The notes beneath the pieces are model-generated. The model was not told the origin of the DNA. It saw only the letters and a program-made list of their open reading frames with translations, and ran no database searches. From Octopus bimaculoides (taxonomy: Eukaryota), in assembly GCF_001194135.2 (NCBI RefSeq), contig NC_068996.1:45564209-45596666 (forward strand): 32,458 nucleotides of DNA, given 5' to 3'. A program made the translations under genes and the position numbers. Below, one piece after another: positions 21,192 to 32,458 of this stretch (positions within the stretch are counted from its first letter, which is position 1; every line of letters begins with the position of its first letter).

Positions 21192-21811
21192 GATTCACAT
21201 ATACTTGCTCAAAACACAGAGTAACTATGCCGCTGATAGAACACGAAACTTCGATCTTTATTGTTACACTTTTTTGTGAAACTTTTTTTTTTATTGACTT
21301 ATTTTATTATCAAGTCAACTGCATCTATCATATTATAAAAAAAAATCTTCGAAGTTAATAAAAACAAAAAAGGGCTAAAGAAAAGAAAATAAGGATTCCA
21401 TTTCTGGAAATAAAATAAAATAAAATAAAATAAGAATTTGAAATTGGATGTAATTTGATACTTTTGTAAACCATAAATGCCAAGCAGTCTGACCTTGTGT
21501 TGAAGAAAGATTCACAGCTATGGACGCTGTTTACCATCTTGATATGTGATCTTAGCTATAACACATCGAAGAACAACATTTAGATAATATCAAACGTCAT
21601 GTCTGTCAAATATGACCTATGTAGGTCTTTAGTTCTCTTTATAAACATAGTGTTTAATTTAAAACCTCTGAAATGTCGCATTTGATATTTATTTAGTGTG
21701 TTTTCTTGAACAAATCGTTTTCTAAGAGATTTTTGCGTTTATTGCCCCTTGATTATTTAAACTTGTACATAACTCACATTCAGATTGATGGACAAAGTAA
21801 ATAAACAATAA

Positions 21812-22055
21812 TTGTTTCTAATTTAGGCACAAGACGAGCAATTTTGAAGGAGGGATAGCTCGATATCTTCTACTTCAATACTTGGCTGGTATTTTATTTA
21901 ATCAAACCCCCGAGGGGTGAAAGCAAAGTTTTTTTCTCCAATGAGATTTGAACTAAGAGCGTAAATAATAATAAAAATAAATATAAAAAGACGGAAGAAA
22001 TTATGTATGGCATTTCGTTCGACGCCCTAACGATTATGCCAGATCGCTGGCTTGA
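21812..22055 (-). mobile_element. SINE family C, old degraded copy
   Basis: ttaggcacaag..ccccgaggggtgaaagcaaagtt..atttgaact..ctaacgattatgccag is the reverse complement of the family-C landmarks. Confidence 0.65.
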
Positions 22056-22675
22056 AATAAGTTTGGTATTTCATCTGTCTAGATCGATTTTATCATTAGA
22101 ATCAAACAAATTGGTAAAGTAAATAAATAATAATCCTTCCTACTATAGGTACAACGCCTGAAATTTGGCTTTTGGCTTTCTTATGTCGTAACTTTTTGTT
22201 CTTTCTTGCTAGCTTCACCAATGATCTTGATAAAATTATGAAGTGTCATGCAATGTCTTCCTATTGGTCTGTGTATTCTTATGGCGTTTCACTCAGTTAA
22301 AGGAAATTATATCCTTTTTTTTTCTATGAATGAAGCGAGTTCTTGGTTTTGTTTAACTCCAGGCCAGCATTGACGTATATATTACTTGTATATAAGCACA
22401 CATACACATACACAAACACATACACACACTTATGTAATGTAGGTTGTGGTTTTGTCTTGAGAGATGCCAGCCGTCTCAACCAATCTTCATCATCCTGACA
22501 TTGTCCACTACGTCTGCCTGGTCTGAGCTATCGCCACTGCAATTTGATAGAGAGACAAGCTGAACCCGATGGAATGAGACATCCGTACGTCACTGAATTA
22601 GAGTGGCATACGCTTCTACAGTAAGTATTACACTATCTAAATACCAGTAACTAGAATGCAGTGACAAGGATATAT

Positions 22676-23128
22676 ACATTCATATATGGCATGCATACAT
22701 GCATATATGCATACATGCCTGCATACATACATACATGCATACATGCATGCATACATACGTACATGCATACATACATGCATACATACATACATGCATATAT
22801 ACATGTATACATACACATGCATACATACATGCATGCATAGATACGTACATACATGCATGCATGAATGCATACATACACACATATATACATGCATACATGC
22901 ATGCATACATACATGTATACATACATACAGACATGCATGCATACATACATATATACATACATACATACATATATACATACATATATACATACATGAATGC
23001 ATACACACATATATACATATATGCATACATATATGTATGCATGCATACATCCATATATACATGCATGCATTCATGCATGCATAAATATACATGCATACAT
23101 ACATACATATATACATACATACATACAT
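22676..23128. repeat. Degenerate (ATAC/ATGC)n purine-pyrimidine alternating array, ~450 bp
   Basis: Direct read; it explains the MHAC/YVCM ORFs. Confidence 0.95.
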
Positions 23129-23847
23129 AATGGCTGCAACATGATTTCGAGTTATGCCATAGCTTGATTGTCCTCTTAAACATGGGTAGCGTACGGCTTT
23201 TCGGTACTGCCAAGGATTTACACTCTTTTTAAAAATATCAACGATGGACATTTGTGGCGGCTGATGTTACTGTATTGCTTCTGTGAACCGTCATATGGTG
23301 TTTAAGCCCGCTTCTTGATACACATCTTTTTACGCATTCTCAGCAAGTAGAGAAGCTGTATAACACTGCGTAACAATTTTTATTTATTTATTTATTGTCT
23401 TTGGTTAATAAGTGTTATTTCCTATTTGCTTCTATCTATAAATCAAAGGATATGACTACTATTCCCTTCAAACGTTGCTTTTCTGACTTGTACATCAATG
23501 TTTTGAAACTGATCTATTTTCCATTACATCTCACACAAATTCAACGCTGAGTTGCTGAAGCAGAAATATCGTTATAGTAAATATTCTGCTCAATACCACA
23601 GCTTTTTCCTTAACCTGTTGAGCATGCTTTTAGAGGCAGACAATATGTGCATCTCTGATCATGAGCAGGAGTAGTGGAGAGGCATCATAGCCATGTGTTG
23701 ACAGAGATTCTTTCGGGATTTGAGTAAATATCGTAACAGAAGCAAAAGGAAATATTAGCCATTTTTAATACTTTCTAGGGGTCAGCAAATAGGAAATAGC
23801 AATTGCTACACAAGGACAAAAATTGTGTTACATAGTGTAATTCATAG

Positions 23848-24053
23848 TTACTCTTTTACCCTTTTACTCCTATACTTGTTTCAGTCTTTTGACTGTGGCC
23901 ATGCTGGAGCCCCGCCTTTAGTCGAGCAAATCGACCCCCGGACATATTTTTTGTAAGCCTAGTACTTATTCTATCGGGTCTTTTGCCGAACCGCTAAGTT
24001 ACGAGGACGTAAACACACCAGCATCGGTTGTCAAGTGATGTTGGGGGGACAAA

Positions 24054-24095
<42 letters not shown>

Positions 24096-24240
24096 CAGAG
24101 GATGAGGTTCTTTCAGTTTCCGCCTACCAAATCCACTCACAAGGTTTTGGTTGGCCCGAAGCTATAATAGAAGACACTTGCCCAAGGTGCCACGCAGTGG
24201 GACTGAACCCGGAACCATGTGGTTAGTAAGCAAAGCTTCT
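23848..24240 (-). mobile_element. SINE family A, near full length
   Basis: Collinear with 1700-2198; internal (CA)n at ~24054-24097. Confidence 0.92.
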
Positions 24241-24639
24241 CTTTGTGACTTCTAGAGATTACCTTACTGAAACAGACATGCGCACACACACTCGTTACAT
24301 GTAAAATTGGGTCGTGCACCAGAATACTCAGGCAAACTCGCAACAATACTATTTCGAATATCTCTCTTGAGCTGGTCGTGCTTGATGCAGTTTTGTTCCG
24401 ATTCCCCTCTCCAAGCATGCACTGCTGTTCTTCATAATGAACATTCATGCAGGAATACATACGTGCATGCATAATGCATAAATGGTGATTGCCACTTCTT
24501 TATATAAGAAGACTATCTCTTCAATTAGTAAATGATGTCATGTGATCTCATATGACAATCAAGTTCAGCTTTTGACAAACTGCAGAAGTTACTAACATTT
24601 TCAAGCAGAAAAGTGTCTAGAGTTGAGTTAAGCCCCTTT

Positions 24640-25375
24640 TATGAGGTTCCCATTTCAAGATGGAGTGTTCGATTTTTCGTATTTCAAATACTTCACAACC
24701 ATTGCAGATCACATCTTTCGAAACCAGTCAATTTTCCATCATTTACCGCCTGTCTTTAAGTTTGCTTTTGACGGTAATCCTAAAACATTTCTTAGATTTA
24801 TGTCTCCGATATTTACGACGTTGCAATATTCCCTGTAGAAGAACAGCTTAGGTATACAATCATCCAGTATCCTAGCAAGGAGCCCAACGCATTTGATTGC
24901 TTATGAGGAGCATTTCAATTGCTCGATGTATTTGGCTTGCTGAAGAACAGCAGTTTCTACCGTTACAGAACTGCTATTTGAGGTTTAAGATCCTCCGCGG
25001 CCAAGTTTGATGAGATCTTTCCAAGGCTCTGACATCACTACCATACGTAGTCAAAGTCTCAGCAGAGTATAAAAGGCAGTTAAGACTAATGATTCAGAAA
25101 CGTTGAGTTTGGTTTTGATGGTGAAACCTTAGTCAGGCCACACACACACGATTTTCGAGCCTTTTAAATGTTTTACTGGCTTTTTCGTTCCTCGGATTTA
25201 TTTTAGAATCAAGGGATCCATTTCTAGAGAAGACTGCTGCTAAGGTAGAAGGGTCAACCACATCCAATCTTGTACCCGGGATGAAGATGTTAGGTTCTAC
25301 ATAAGACTGGCCTGGATTTCTGAAAGCCTACGAAGATTATCTGCACCTCCACCTTCTTTCAGACAGAATCAGTTA
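24640..25375 (-). mobile_element. RTE-clade LINE ORF2 remnant (late RT to C-terminus)
   Basis: Minus-strand pieces across frameshifts: KKVEV..PNIFIPGTRLDVVD..SSLSRNGSLDS..KASKTFKRLENRV..TIKTKLNV..LYSAET..LERSHQT..RRILNLK..NQMRWA..RILDDCIPKLFFY. These are typical RTE ORF2 motifs. Confidence 0.82.
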
Positions 25376-25415
25376 TTTGCAAGAAAAAAAATTCCGAAGG
25401 AATTATCAAGACATT

Positions 25416-25810
25416 CTTTTACTTACTTCAGTCTTGAAGAATTTCAGTCGAATGACCGGACCCCAGTATTAATTTTTTAAAAGCCTGGTACTTATTCTAT
25501 CGATCACTTATGCCGAATCACTAAGTGCTGAGTTACAGGGACGTAAATATACCAATACCAGTTGTCGAACGGTAGTGGGGGGACAAACACAGACATAAAG
25601 ACATACATACATATATATACTTACATACATGTATATATATATATACATTAACGATGGTCTTTCAGTTTCCGTCTACCAGATCCACTCACAAGGCTTTTGT
25701 CGGGCCCGAAGCTATATTAGAGGACACTTACCCAAGGTGCCAAGCAGTTGGACTGAACCCGGAACTATGTTGGTTAGGAAGCAGCCTTCTTACCACAGCC
25801 ACGCCCGCGC
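25416..25810 (-). mobile_element. SINE family A, older copy
   Basis: ggtacttattctatcgat..gggacgtaaa..ggggacaaacacagaca..cagtttccgtctaccagatccactcacaaggc..ccacagccacgcccgcgc. Confidence 0.85.
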
Positions 25811-26076
25811 AAAGAAAAAAAAATAATAAAATTGATATCCACTTCATATCGACATAAACATTGCTTGCAAGAAGTTAACTAATCAAAATATATGAGCCAA
25901 GAACCAAAAATAAAGTATTTGGGTGGGGGAAGATTTATGTAACCATTATTTTTGTTAATACCTGTCTTGTAGGGACGTCGTATTTCGTTATGCAACCATA
26001 ATATTCTGCAAAGTATATTAAACGTTTTTATAAGTCAATACCATGTTCTACTGTGTTAGCAGTGCTATTAAACCAC

Positions 26077-26545
26077 TTGTCAAAGTTATCTCTATAGATT
26101 TGCTATAGAAATTATAGACAACACTGATTTTTGCTACTACATTTCGTATACCAAATATCAGATGTAAACAAACAATGAAATCGAAGATGAAACTGGGTAA
26201 TGGGTGTATATGCCATATTTCGGAGTGGGGTAGGGTTGCTCCTTCATCAGCCCCATTTAACCCACTAATCATCTTGCAGGAATGCGTTTAATATTAAATT
26301 GGTATATCCAATAACTTTACACCGCTACATATAGTGATTATTTAAGGAATGTGTTCGAGGATGAGTAATGGATTAGATGAAGGGGTAAAAAAAAAAAAAC
26401 GAAATATAGCATATACGCCCATTACCCATTTTTCATATTCGATCTCGTTGTTTGTTTACATCTGATGTCTTGGATCCGAAATGTTGTAACAAAATCATTA
26501 CTGGCTATAATCTCCATAGAAAATCTGTGGAGATAACCTTAACAA
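26077..26545. mobile_element. Fold-back / MITE-like element (~470 bp)
   Basis: 26077-26222 is the reverse complement of 26400-26545; for example atcagatgtaaacaaacaa pairs with ttgtttgtttacatctgat and tgggtaatgggtgtatatg pairs with catatacgcccattaccca. Inner pairing continues (ctccttcatc with gatgaagggg). Confidence 0.8.
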
Positions 26546-26769
26546 ATCATTCTTATCATAACTAACTAGAGTATGAAGATTTATACAAACTGGCTCAAAA
26601 TATAATATTCTAAGCATCTGTATGCATGGCTGGATTAAAGTCAACAGATGCCCAAAGCGCAGCCCAACAATTGTTCGTCATCTACATTTTCAATGTCTAA
26701 CAGACAAGACATTAATCCATAGTATGTGTTGAACGTAAACATTAAAGATTAAAAAACATATTTACATTA

Positions 26770-26834
26770 GTCCTCATCTTGTTTGTTGTTAACACAATGT
26801 TTTGGGTTCTCATTCCTAAGGTATTTGTTTTTGA

Positions 26835-26869
<35 letters not shown>

Positions 26870-26915
26870 TCACTGCCTGGAATCGAACTCGGAATTTTTG
26901 GGTTAGTAGCCCAAA
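26770..26915 (-). mobile_element. Fragment of a further tRNA-headed repeat with internal (ATT)n
   Basis: cctggaatcgaactcgga is a reverse-complement box B (gagttcgattcc). Confidence 0.45.
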
Positions 26916-27035
26916 AACTTAAATTCTTCCAGGTAAGCCACTAGGGCAGACCCCACGGACTATATTAAATATAACTTGTTTTATACTCATTTAACCTTAA
27001 ACTCCAGTAAGCAATACAAGTCATGGAACCATAGG

Positions 27036-27238
27036 TTCTTCACGCCCTATCCCTAAACGGGACGCCGGTCCGTCGTAGAGTTACTCGCTTTTGCCAGCCG
27101 AGTGGACTAGAGCAAATTGAAATGAAATGTTTTTGTTTTTTTTTCAAGAGCACAACGCATCGCCTGGTCCAGGAAGCGAAACCACAATGTCACAACCATG
27201 AGTGCAACACCCCTAACCACTAAGCCACGTGCCTCCAC
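27036..27238 (-). mobile_element. tRNA-derived SINE family D
   Basis: Minus strand gtggaggcacgtggcttagtggttaggggtgttgcactcatggttg..gtggtttcgcttcctggacc..tgttgtgctcttga..ctagtccactcggc. Confidence 0.8.
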
Positions 27239-27469
27239 AAGCAATAAAAGTAAATTGTTATAACTAAGATAATAGGCCTAAATCCAGCTGTTTCTATACT
27301 TTTATTACTTCTTTTCTTTACAACTGTTATAATTAATCATTTGCCCTAAAGTATATCTAGCACTTTCTTTTAAACCCCAAATATTCTACCAGATTAAACC
27401 CCATTTTCTTTTAAACCTCAAATATTCTACCAGATTAAGATTAGCTTGTGGTAGGAAAAAGTGTTTCGC

Positions 27470-27940
27470 TGGTCGGGAAATTCATCTGCAAACACATTGC
27501 GGGGACAATTTAGTATATCATAGATGAATGACGCACAGAGTCTGCAGCAATGAATAAATATCTGGATGGTAAGCAGATGCAGTCATCATTTGTCCGACAC
27601 GTTTTCCTTGCAGCCGGTCTCTTTATTGAGAAAATAGTGCTGAATCAAGCGAAAAACCAAGATGGGGCGGCGTGTGATATTTGGTATATTGACACTCATT
27701 CACATTTTTCAATCAATTAGGCAATGCGGTTGGTGTATATCAATCCTTACACACCTAAAGAATTAGTCGTGAGCAAACGTGAGAAGGTGCTGATGAATGT
27801 CTGAAAGTCAACGAAAACACAAATGGACTTCCTATTCTGATGTACTTTCATCCCAGAGTTTAAGGGCAATTTCCAGAAATCCTTGTCATCGCAGTGCCCT
27901 GCAAGAGCATTGTCAGTTTGGGATAAAATCTACAAGCATG
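27470..27940 (-). mobile_element. Probable RTE-clade RT core remnant (upstream part of the 24640-25375 element)
   Basis: Weak minus-strand matches in the expected order: VHQNRKSICVFVDF (cf. EQN..LY.VFVDF), AP..FF..FSTIF and YLFIAADSVRHS (cf. LLFADD.AL.AHS). Confidence 0.4.
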
Positions 27941-28089
27941 TAAAATCTACACTGGCAACTTAGTCTGCGCAAGATGCACACAAAACGATAAAACTATTTT
28001 GCATGCGCTCATAAAAAAATCCTGAGCATTACTTCCTTGTGAGGCTGAGACATTTTCAACAGACTCGCTTTAAACCAAACAGAACATCA

Positions 28090-28210
28090 ATGATGTACCA
28101 GCCGAATAGATGAATTGCAGCAACATGAAATGTGGTGTCTTGTTCAAGGGCACGGCGCGCCGCCTAGCGCAGTATCAAACTCATGACTATGAAACTGAGC
28201 CGAACACCTT
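28090..28210 (-). mobile_element. SINE family D-like degraded fragment
   Basis: gcaacatgaaatgtggtgtcttgttcaagggcac resembles the family-D body. Confidence 0.4.
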
Positions 28211-28282
28211 GTTGTAGCAAATAGGACGGATCTACCTATCAGCCGTGTCCATCACGATGAAAACCTGACAGACTTCTTCTTT

Positions 28283-30530
28283 TGGCTAATAGTGACAGCA
28301 CTTTTCGACTCTATTCCCCATTCATGGCTGCTGAAGTATCTCCTTTTGGCAAAAGTTCCTTCTACCTTAATTGTTGCCATTAAGAGACTCACAAAGACCT
28401 AGGAAACAATTCTTACACTTAGAACTGACAAAGGAACGATTGTCTTCAATGTTGTAAATATTTCAAAGGGAATATTCCAAGGAGATAGTCTTTCTGTAAT
28501 TCTCTTCATTTTGGCATTAAATCCATTGTCATTCCATCTATAAAAATCAAATGGCTACATGCTAGGGTCTGCAACTGCAAGAGATATTATCATAAACCAT
28601 AATTTCTTTGTGGATGACTAATAATGTTAACAATACCAAACGAAAAAAAAACTGAAACAGCTGGAATTACAATAATCACTCGCCATATCGCGCTTCACCT
28701 ATCGCGGTTTATTATTTAAGCTTACGTCGATTCCTCTGTGGTGTTATTTTGCATTTATAATAAAATAAATACATACAAATCATAAAAATAATAAAAAAAA
28801 TATACAGTACAGTACTGTTTCTACTTCGCAGATTTTCACCTATCGCAGGGCGGTGGGATGGAACGTAACAACCGCGATAGTCGAGGGATTACTGTAATAA
28901 CATTTTCAGCTGACATTGGAATGGAATTTGGCCAAAAAATGTTCATATATAGTTGTTGAACGGAGAAAATCAATCCCCCGGACCCAAAGCCTGTGCATCA
29001 ATGACCTCATTATCTCTCCTACCCCACACAAAGAATGCTATATGAAGACATACACGAAGTTACTATGAATAAAGATAGAGTGACCCAAGAATAATATGCC
29101 AGACTTAGAAAAATATGGAATTTGGAACTCTCCTCTTACTACAAGACAATATCCCACAATGCATTTGCAGTACCTGTGCTGATTCCAACATTTGAGATAC
29201 TTGACTGGTCTGTAGTGGAAATTCCCTCTATAGTCGTTAAAATCCTGAAGATACTGACATCACCAGGAAATTTCCACGAAAATAGTGATATCGATAGTCA
29301 CCCAGGCACTGCAAAGACTAAGCAACTGGAAGGCACCCGGGCATGACAAGATCCCCAACTTCTTGTTAAAATATCTGGCAGGAATACACAAAAAGTTGGT
29401 TAAAAACTTTAATGACATACTAGCAGAGCCAGAGACAATGCTTGAATGGCTCACGAAAGGGAAAACCATCCTAATTCCCAAATTCCTAAGGAGAGATAAA
29501 GTCAGAAGACGCTTGCGATCAGTACAGACAGCCTTCGAATGTCGCATCGTCTCTCTCAGACAGCACTTGCTAAACAACATTAACTTTGTGCAGAAAAGTG
29601 AAGAGAACAATATCCTACATGTTGGCAGCTACCTCTTCAGGAAACATTCTCTTCCTCATAACCTCCTATACAACCCCAAAACAGCTTGACTCACATCCCT
29701 CATAGAAGACTCGGATGTGAAATACTCAGCGTACCAAAAAAAAAAAAAAAGAAAAAGACTACACATGGATATGTTTCCCGAAAACTTGAAGACAGTACAT
29801 CACACCACACTTCGAAGGCTATGCACTTGCAATCCAAGAACAGGAGATTGCTAAGAAATATCTATAAAAAAAAAATAGATAGAGTGGAGTACTTGGAACT
29901 CCAAAATGCAACAGCAGACGTAGCTTGTCATATTTCTGTAGATGTCTAAAAATGTCATCAAGTTACTACTTTCCTATGCGACACGATGGCGTCGCATAAA
30001 CAATATACAATACCATTCGGTAAAAAAAAAAAAAGACAGCTGCACTGGAATAAATATAGAGAATCCCCATGTTACTGAATACGTACACAAATATCAGCAC
30101 AAGGAATATTGGTGAGACATTGCCATTAAAACGTCTGTCAAGTGTAAGCATAACAGGCGATATTACTGTTTGGGACAGACAAGAAAAAGTATGTACTGTC
30201 ACAGAGATCAGCTGTTCTGCTGATGCGAATAATCTCTGTAAATCAAATTTATACCAATAAATCACACATTTATACCATTAATAATGGGTGCCTTTGCTTT
30301 CGGGTGCAAATGTGCGACAATCTGGAAAAGCTACGGATTTCAGAAAAAGGTATCAACCAACTAACTTTCACATTACAAATACAGTCTGTAAGTGGAACAG
30401 TAAACATATGCAAGACTTTTCTCAAGTCTCAAATGTGACATTGTTTTCATGATCAACATTCCAACGATGGAGCTTTGAAATCTTTGTTAGAAACTAGCTC
30501 CTAACCCCGAACAAGAATTTAAATAACTAA
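28283..30530 (+). mobile_element. R4/Dong-like retrotransposon (third subfamily), RT to RLE C-terminus, rearranged and MITE-interrupted
   Basis: FDSIPHSWLL..KGIFQGDSLS..HNFFVDD..[MITE]..DIGMEFG..HNAFAVPVLIPTF..FHENSDID..[domain-0 insert]..LRSVQTAFECRI..HGYV..FEGYALAIQEQEI..CLKMSSSYYFPMRHDGVA..EYW*DIAIKTSVKCKHNR/DITVWDR..EISC..SGTVNICKTFLKSQM* (stop 30436-30438). Confidence 0.9.
28670..28894. mobile_element. pogo/Tigger-like MITE, 225 bp
   Basis: TIRs caataatcactcgccatatcgcg and cgcgatagtcgagggattactg, with a TA duplication at 28668-69 and 28895-96. It interrupts the R4 reading frame (LEL|ITFS). Confidence 0.85.
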
Positions 30531-30539
30531 AAGCAGTAC

Positions 30540-30665
30540 ACATACGCGCGCACACACACATACATGCATGTATAAATAGACACGTGCATATATCTGTGTG
30601 TGTGTGTGAGTGTGTACGTATTTGTGCGTATGTACGTATATCTGTATGTGTGCTTGTGTCTGTCT
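30540..30665. repeat. Compound (CA)/(GT)/(ATGT) microsatellite
   Basis: Direct read. Confidence 0.8.
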
Positions 30666-31057
30666 GTCAGTCCCTGCGTCTCGTTTGATGATGAATGAGT
30701 GCCGAGGCCGGTCTAAAGATAAGTTTTATAGTTAGCTAGATAATATCAACAAACCACTTTTCTTCTTCTCCCGCTTTCTCAGATTTCACACTTGTCACAA
30801 AACCTTTCCATCATATCCACTACATGATCTTAACCAGTGGAATACATTATTTCTTCCCTGTTTTTCTTCTGCTTTTCTTCAAAAGGTTAATACATACAAG
30901 AGTATGGACCTACTCTTCATGTGCAATGCTCATAAACCTGTAACTGGGGTTTCTGTCTCCCGTTCTATTTATTTTCTGCTCTGTTTTTGTTTTCCATTCC
31001 TTCTTCTCAATCATTTTTCTTGGACCTCACACTTTCTCTTCAATTCCTACTCCCCCA

Positions 31058-31724
31058 CCTCCTCCTCTTCTTCTTCTTCTTCTTCTTCTTCTTCTTCTTC
31101 TTCTTCTTCTTCTTCTTCTTCTTCTTCTTCTTCTTCGTCTTCTTCTTCTTCTTCTTCCTCCTCATCTTCTTATTATTATTCCTCCTCATCTTATTCCTCT
31201 TCTACCTCCTCCCCTCCTCCTCTTCTTATTCCTCTTCTTCTTCTTCTTCATCTTCTTTTTCTTCCTCCTCCTCTTCTTCTTCTTCTTCTTCCTCTTCTTT
31301 TTCTTCCTCCTCTTCTTCTTCTTCTTCTTCCGCCTCCTCTTCTTCTCCTTCCTCCTCCTCATCTTCTTTTTCTCCTTCCTCTTCTTCTTCTCCTTCCTCC
31401 TCTTCTTCTCCTTCCTCTTCTTCTTCTTCTTCCTCCTCTTCTTCTTCTTCTTCCGCCTCCACTTCTTCCTCCTCCCCCTCCTCATCTTCTTCTTCCTCCT
31501 CTTCTTCTTCTTCTTCTTCTTCCGCCTCCTCTTCTTCTTCCTCCTCCTCCTCTGCTTCTTCTTCCGCCTCCTCTTCTTCTTCCTCCTCCTCCTCTGCTTC
31601 TTCTTCCGCCTCCCCTTCTTCTTCCACCTCCTCTTCTTCTTCCGCCTCCTCCTCTTCTTCTTCCTCCTCCTCCTATGCTTCTTCTTCCGCCTCCTCTTCT
31701 TCTTCCACCTCTTCTTCTTCTTCC
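31058..31724. repeat. ~670-bp (CTT)/(CCT) polypyrimidine array with a 42-bp higher-order unit
   Basis: Direct read; ccgcc recurs with 42-bp period (G at 31524, 31566, 31608). Confidence 0.96.
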
Positions 31725-31946
31725 TGTATATTATAATGCTAGTGCTGGTTAAAACTCATAATGAAAAAGATGTATTACTGGGAAGCATCACGTGTTTCTG
31801 CAAACCTGTTAATACGGTGGATGATTATTTGTAAATTTCGCTAGGCAGAAAATTGATAACGAGTGGATTTATCCAAATTATTAGGAATATGAAAGGGTCA
31901 GTGATGGTGATAGTGTTTTTATTACCCACTTACAGCCGACGATTTC

Positions 31947-31968
31947 TCGCTCTGATTGGACAGAGCGA
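31947..31968. promoter_or_regulatory. Possible inverted CCAAT (NF-Y) box inside an 8-bp stem palindrome
   Basis: tcgctctg-attgga-cagagcga contains CTGATTGG (reverse CCAATCAG) in apparently non-repeat sequence. No transcript evidence. Confidence 0.25.
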
Positions 31969-32121
31969 TGTCCACAAACGATCAAGACGTTCTCAAAGCC
32001 GTCTCTTTTGTTTGCATGTCCGGAGCAAGCTACATTGCCCAGTGTGTGATAGAATTTGTCTCTTACTTATAGCAAAACGAGTTAAAATTGCCTATAGAGT
32101 AGGTATTGAGGACTCCTCCAG

Positions 32122-32260
32122 TTTCTCTCTTTCTCTCTCTCTCTCTCTCACACACACACTCTCTCTCACTTTCTCTCTCACACACACTTTCTCTCTCACA
32201 CACACTTTCTCTCTCACACACACTCTCTCTCTCTTTAATTGTGTGTGTATGTGTGTGTAA
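32122..32260. repeat. Compound (CT)/(CA)/(GT) repeat with an 18-bp unit cactttctctctcacaca x3
   Basis: Direct read. Confidence 0.9.
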
Positions 32261-32458
32261 TATGTACCGTGGCATAATAATTTTTTTAAATATTAATCAC
32301 TTTTGCCTTGGTGCCAATTCGGTAGTCACGATTTCAATTTGTCCTTGGGAATAAAATATCCTCACTCTTAGGTTGAAGCACTCACGTTATTGTTGTTAGC
32401 TGCTATTCTTGTCGTTGATCATTCTGGTGGGGGTGAGGGTGGCAGTGGTGGGGGTGGT

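Noticed and set aside
22443-22626. Possible exon ending at a consensus-like donor (ctaca|gtaagt)
   Set aside because: All frames from the nearest acceptor contain stops and the peptides are unrecognisable.
22637-23251. Cys/His/Met/Tyr-rich ORFs resembling metal-binding proteins
   Set aside because: They are translations of an (ATAC/ATGC)n microsatellite and are open in several frames on both strands.
28200-28330. Extension of the RTE relic upstream on the minus strand
   Set aside because: The same bases are better explained on the plus strand as the start of the R4 copy (FDSIPHSW).
30904-31752. Poly-Ser/Pro/Leu, poly-Glu and poly-Lys/Arg ORFs
   Set aside because: They are translations of the CTT/CCT array, with no unique coding sequence or splice context.

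Overview
This is AT-rich, microsatellite-laden animal DNA from a gapped short-read assembly with 6 N-gaps. The abundant tRNA-derived SINE families look like those I recall from octopus genomes, so the species is an inference. I recognise no host protein-coding exon, no real tRNA or rRNA gene and no CRISPR array, and almost all long ORFs in the track are microsatellite or N-gap artefacts. The window is a layered transposon graveyard. It holds at least four tRNA-SINE families, about seven fragments of R4/Dong-like (RLE) non-LTR retrotransposons mostly abutting (AAT)n arrays, RTE and probable CR1 LINE remnants, two mariner relics, hAT and pogo MITEs and two long fold-back elements. The best lead is a ~2 kb minus-strand retroelement (18680-20686) with a perfect 15-bp target-site duplication, inserted in the tRNA-like head of a SINE. 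It appears to carry only an ORF1-like gene and no reverse transcriptase (HAL1-like architecture). Other leads are the microsatellite-anchored R4/Dong array, a mariner rebuilt as a head-to-head fold-back, an internally scrambled R4 copy, and a ~1 kb CpG-free segment with an 849-bp-offset repeat.
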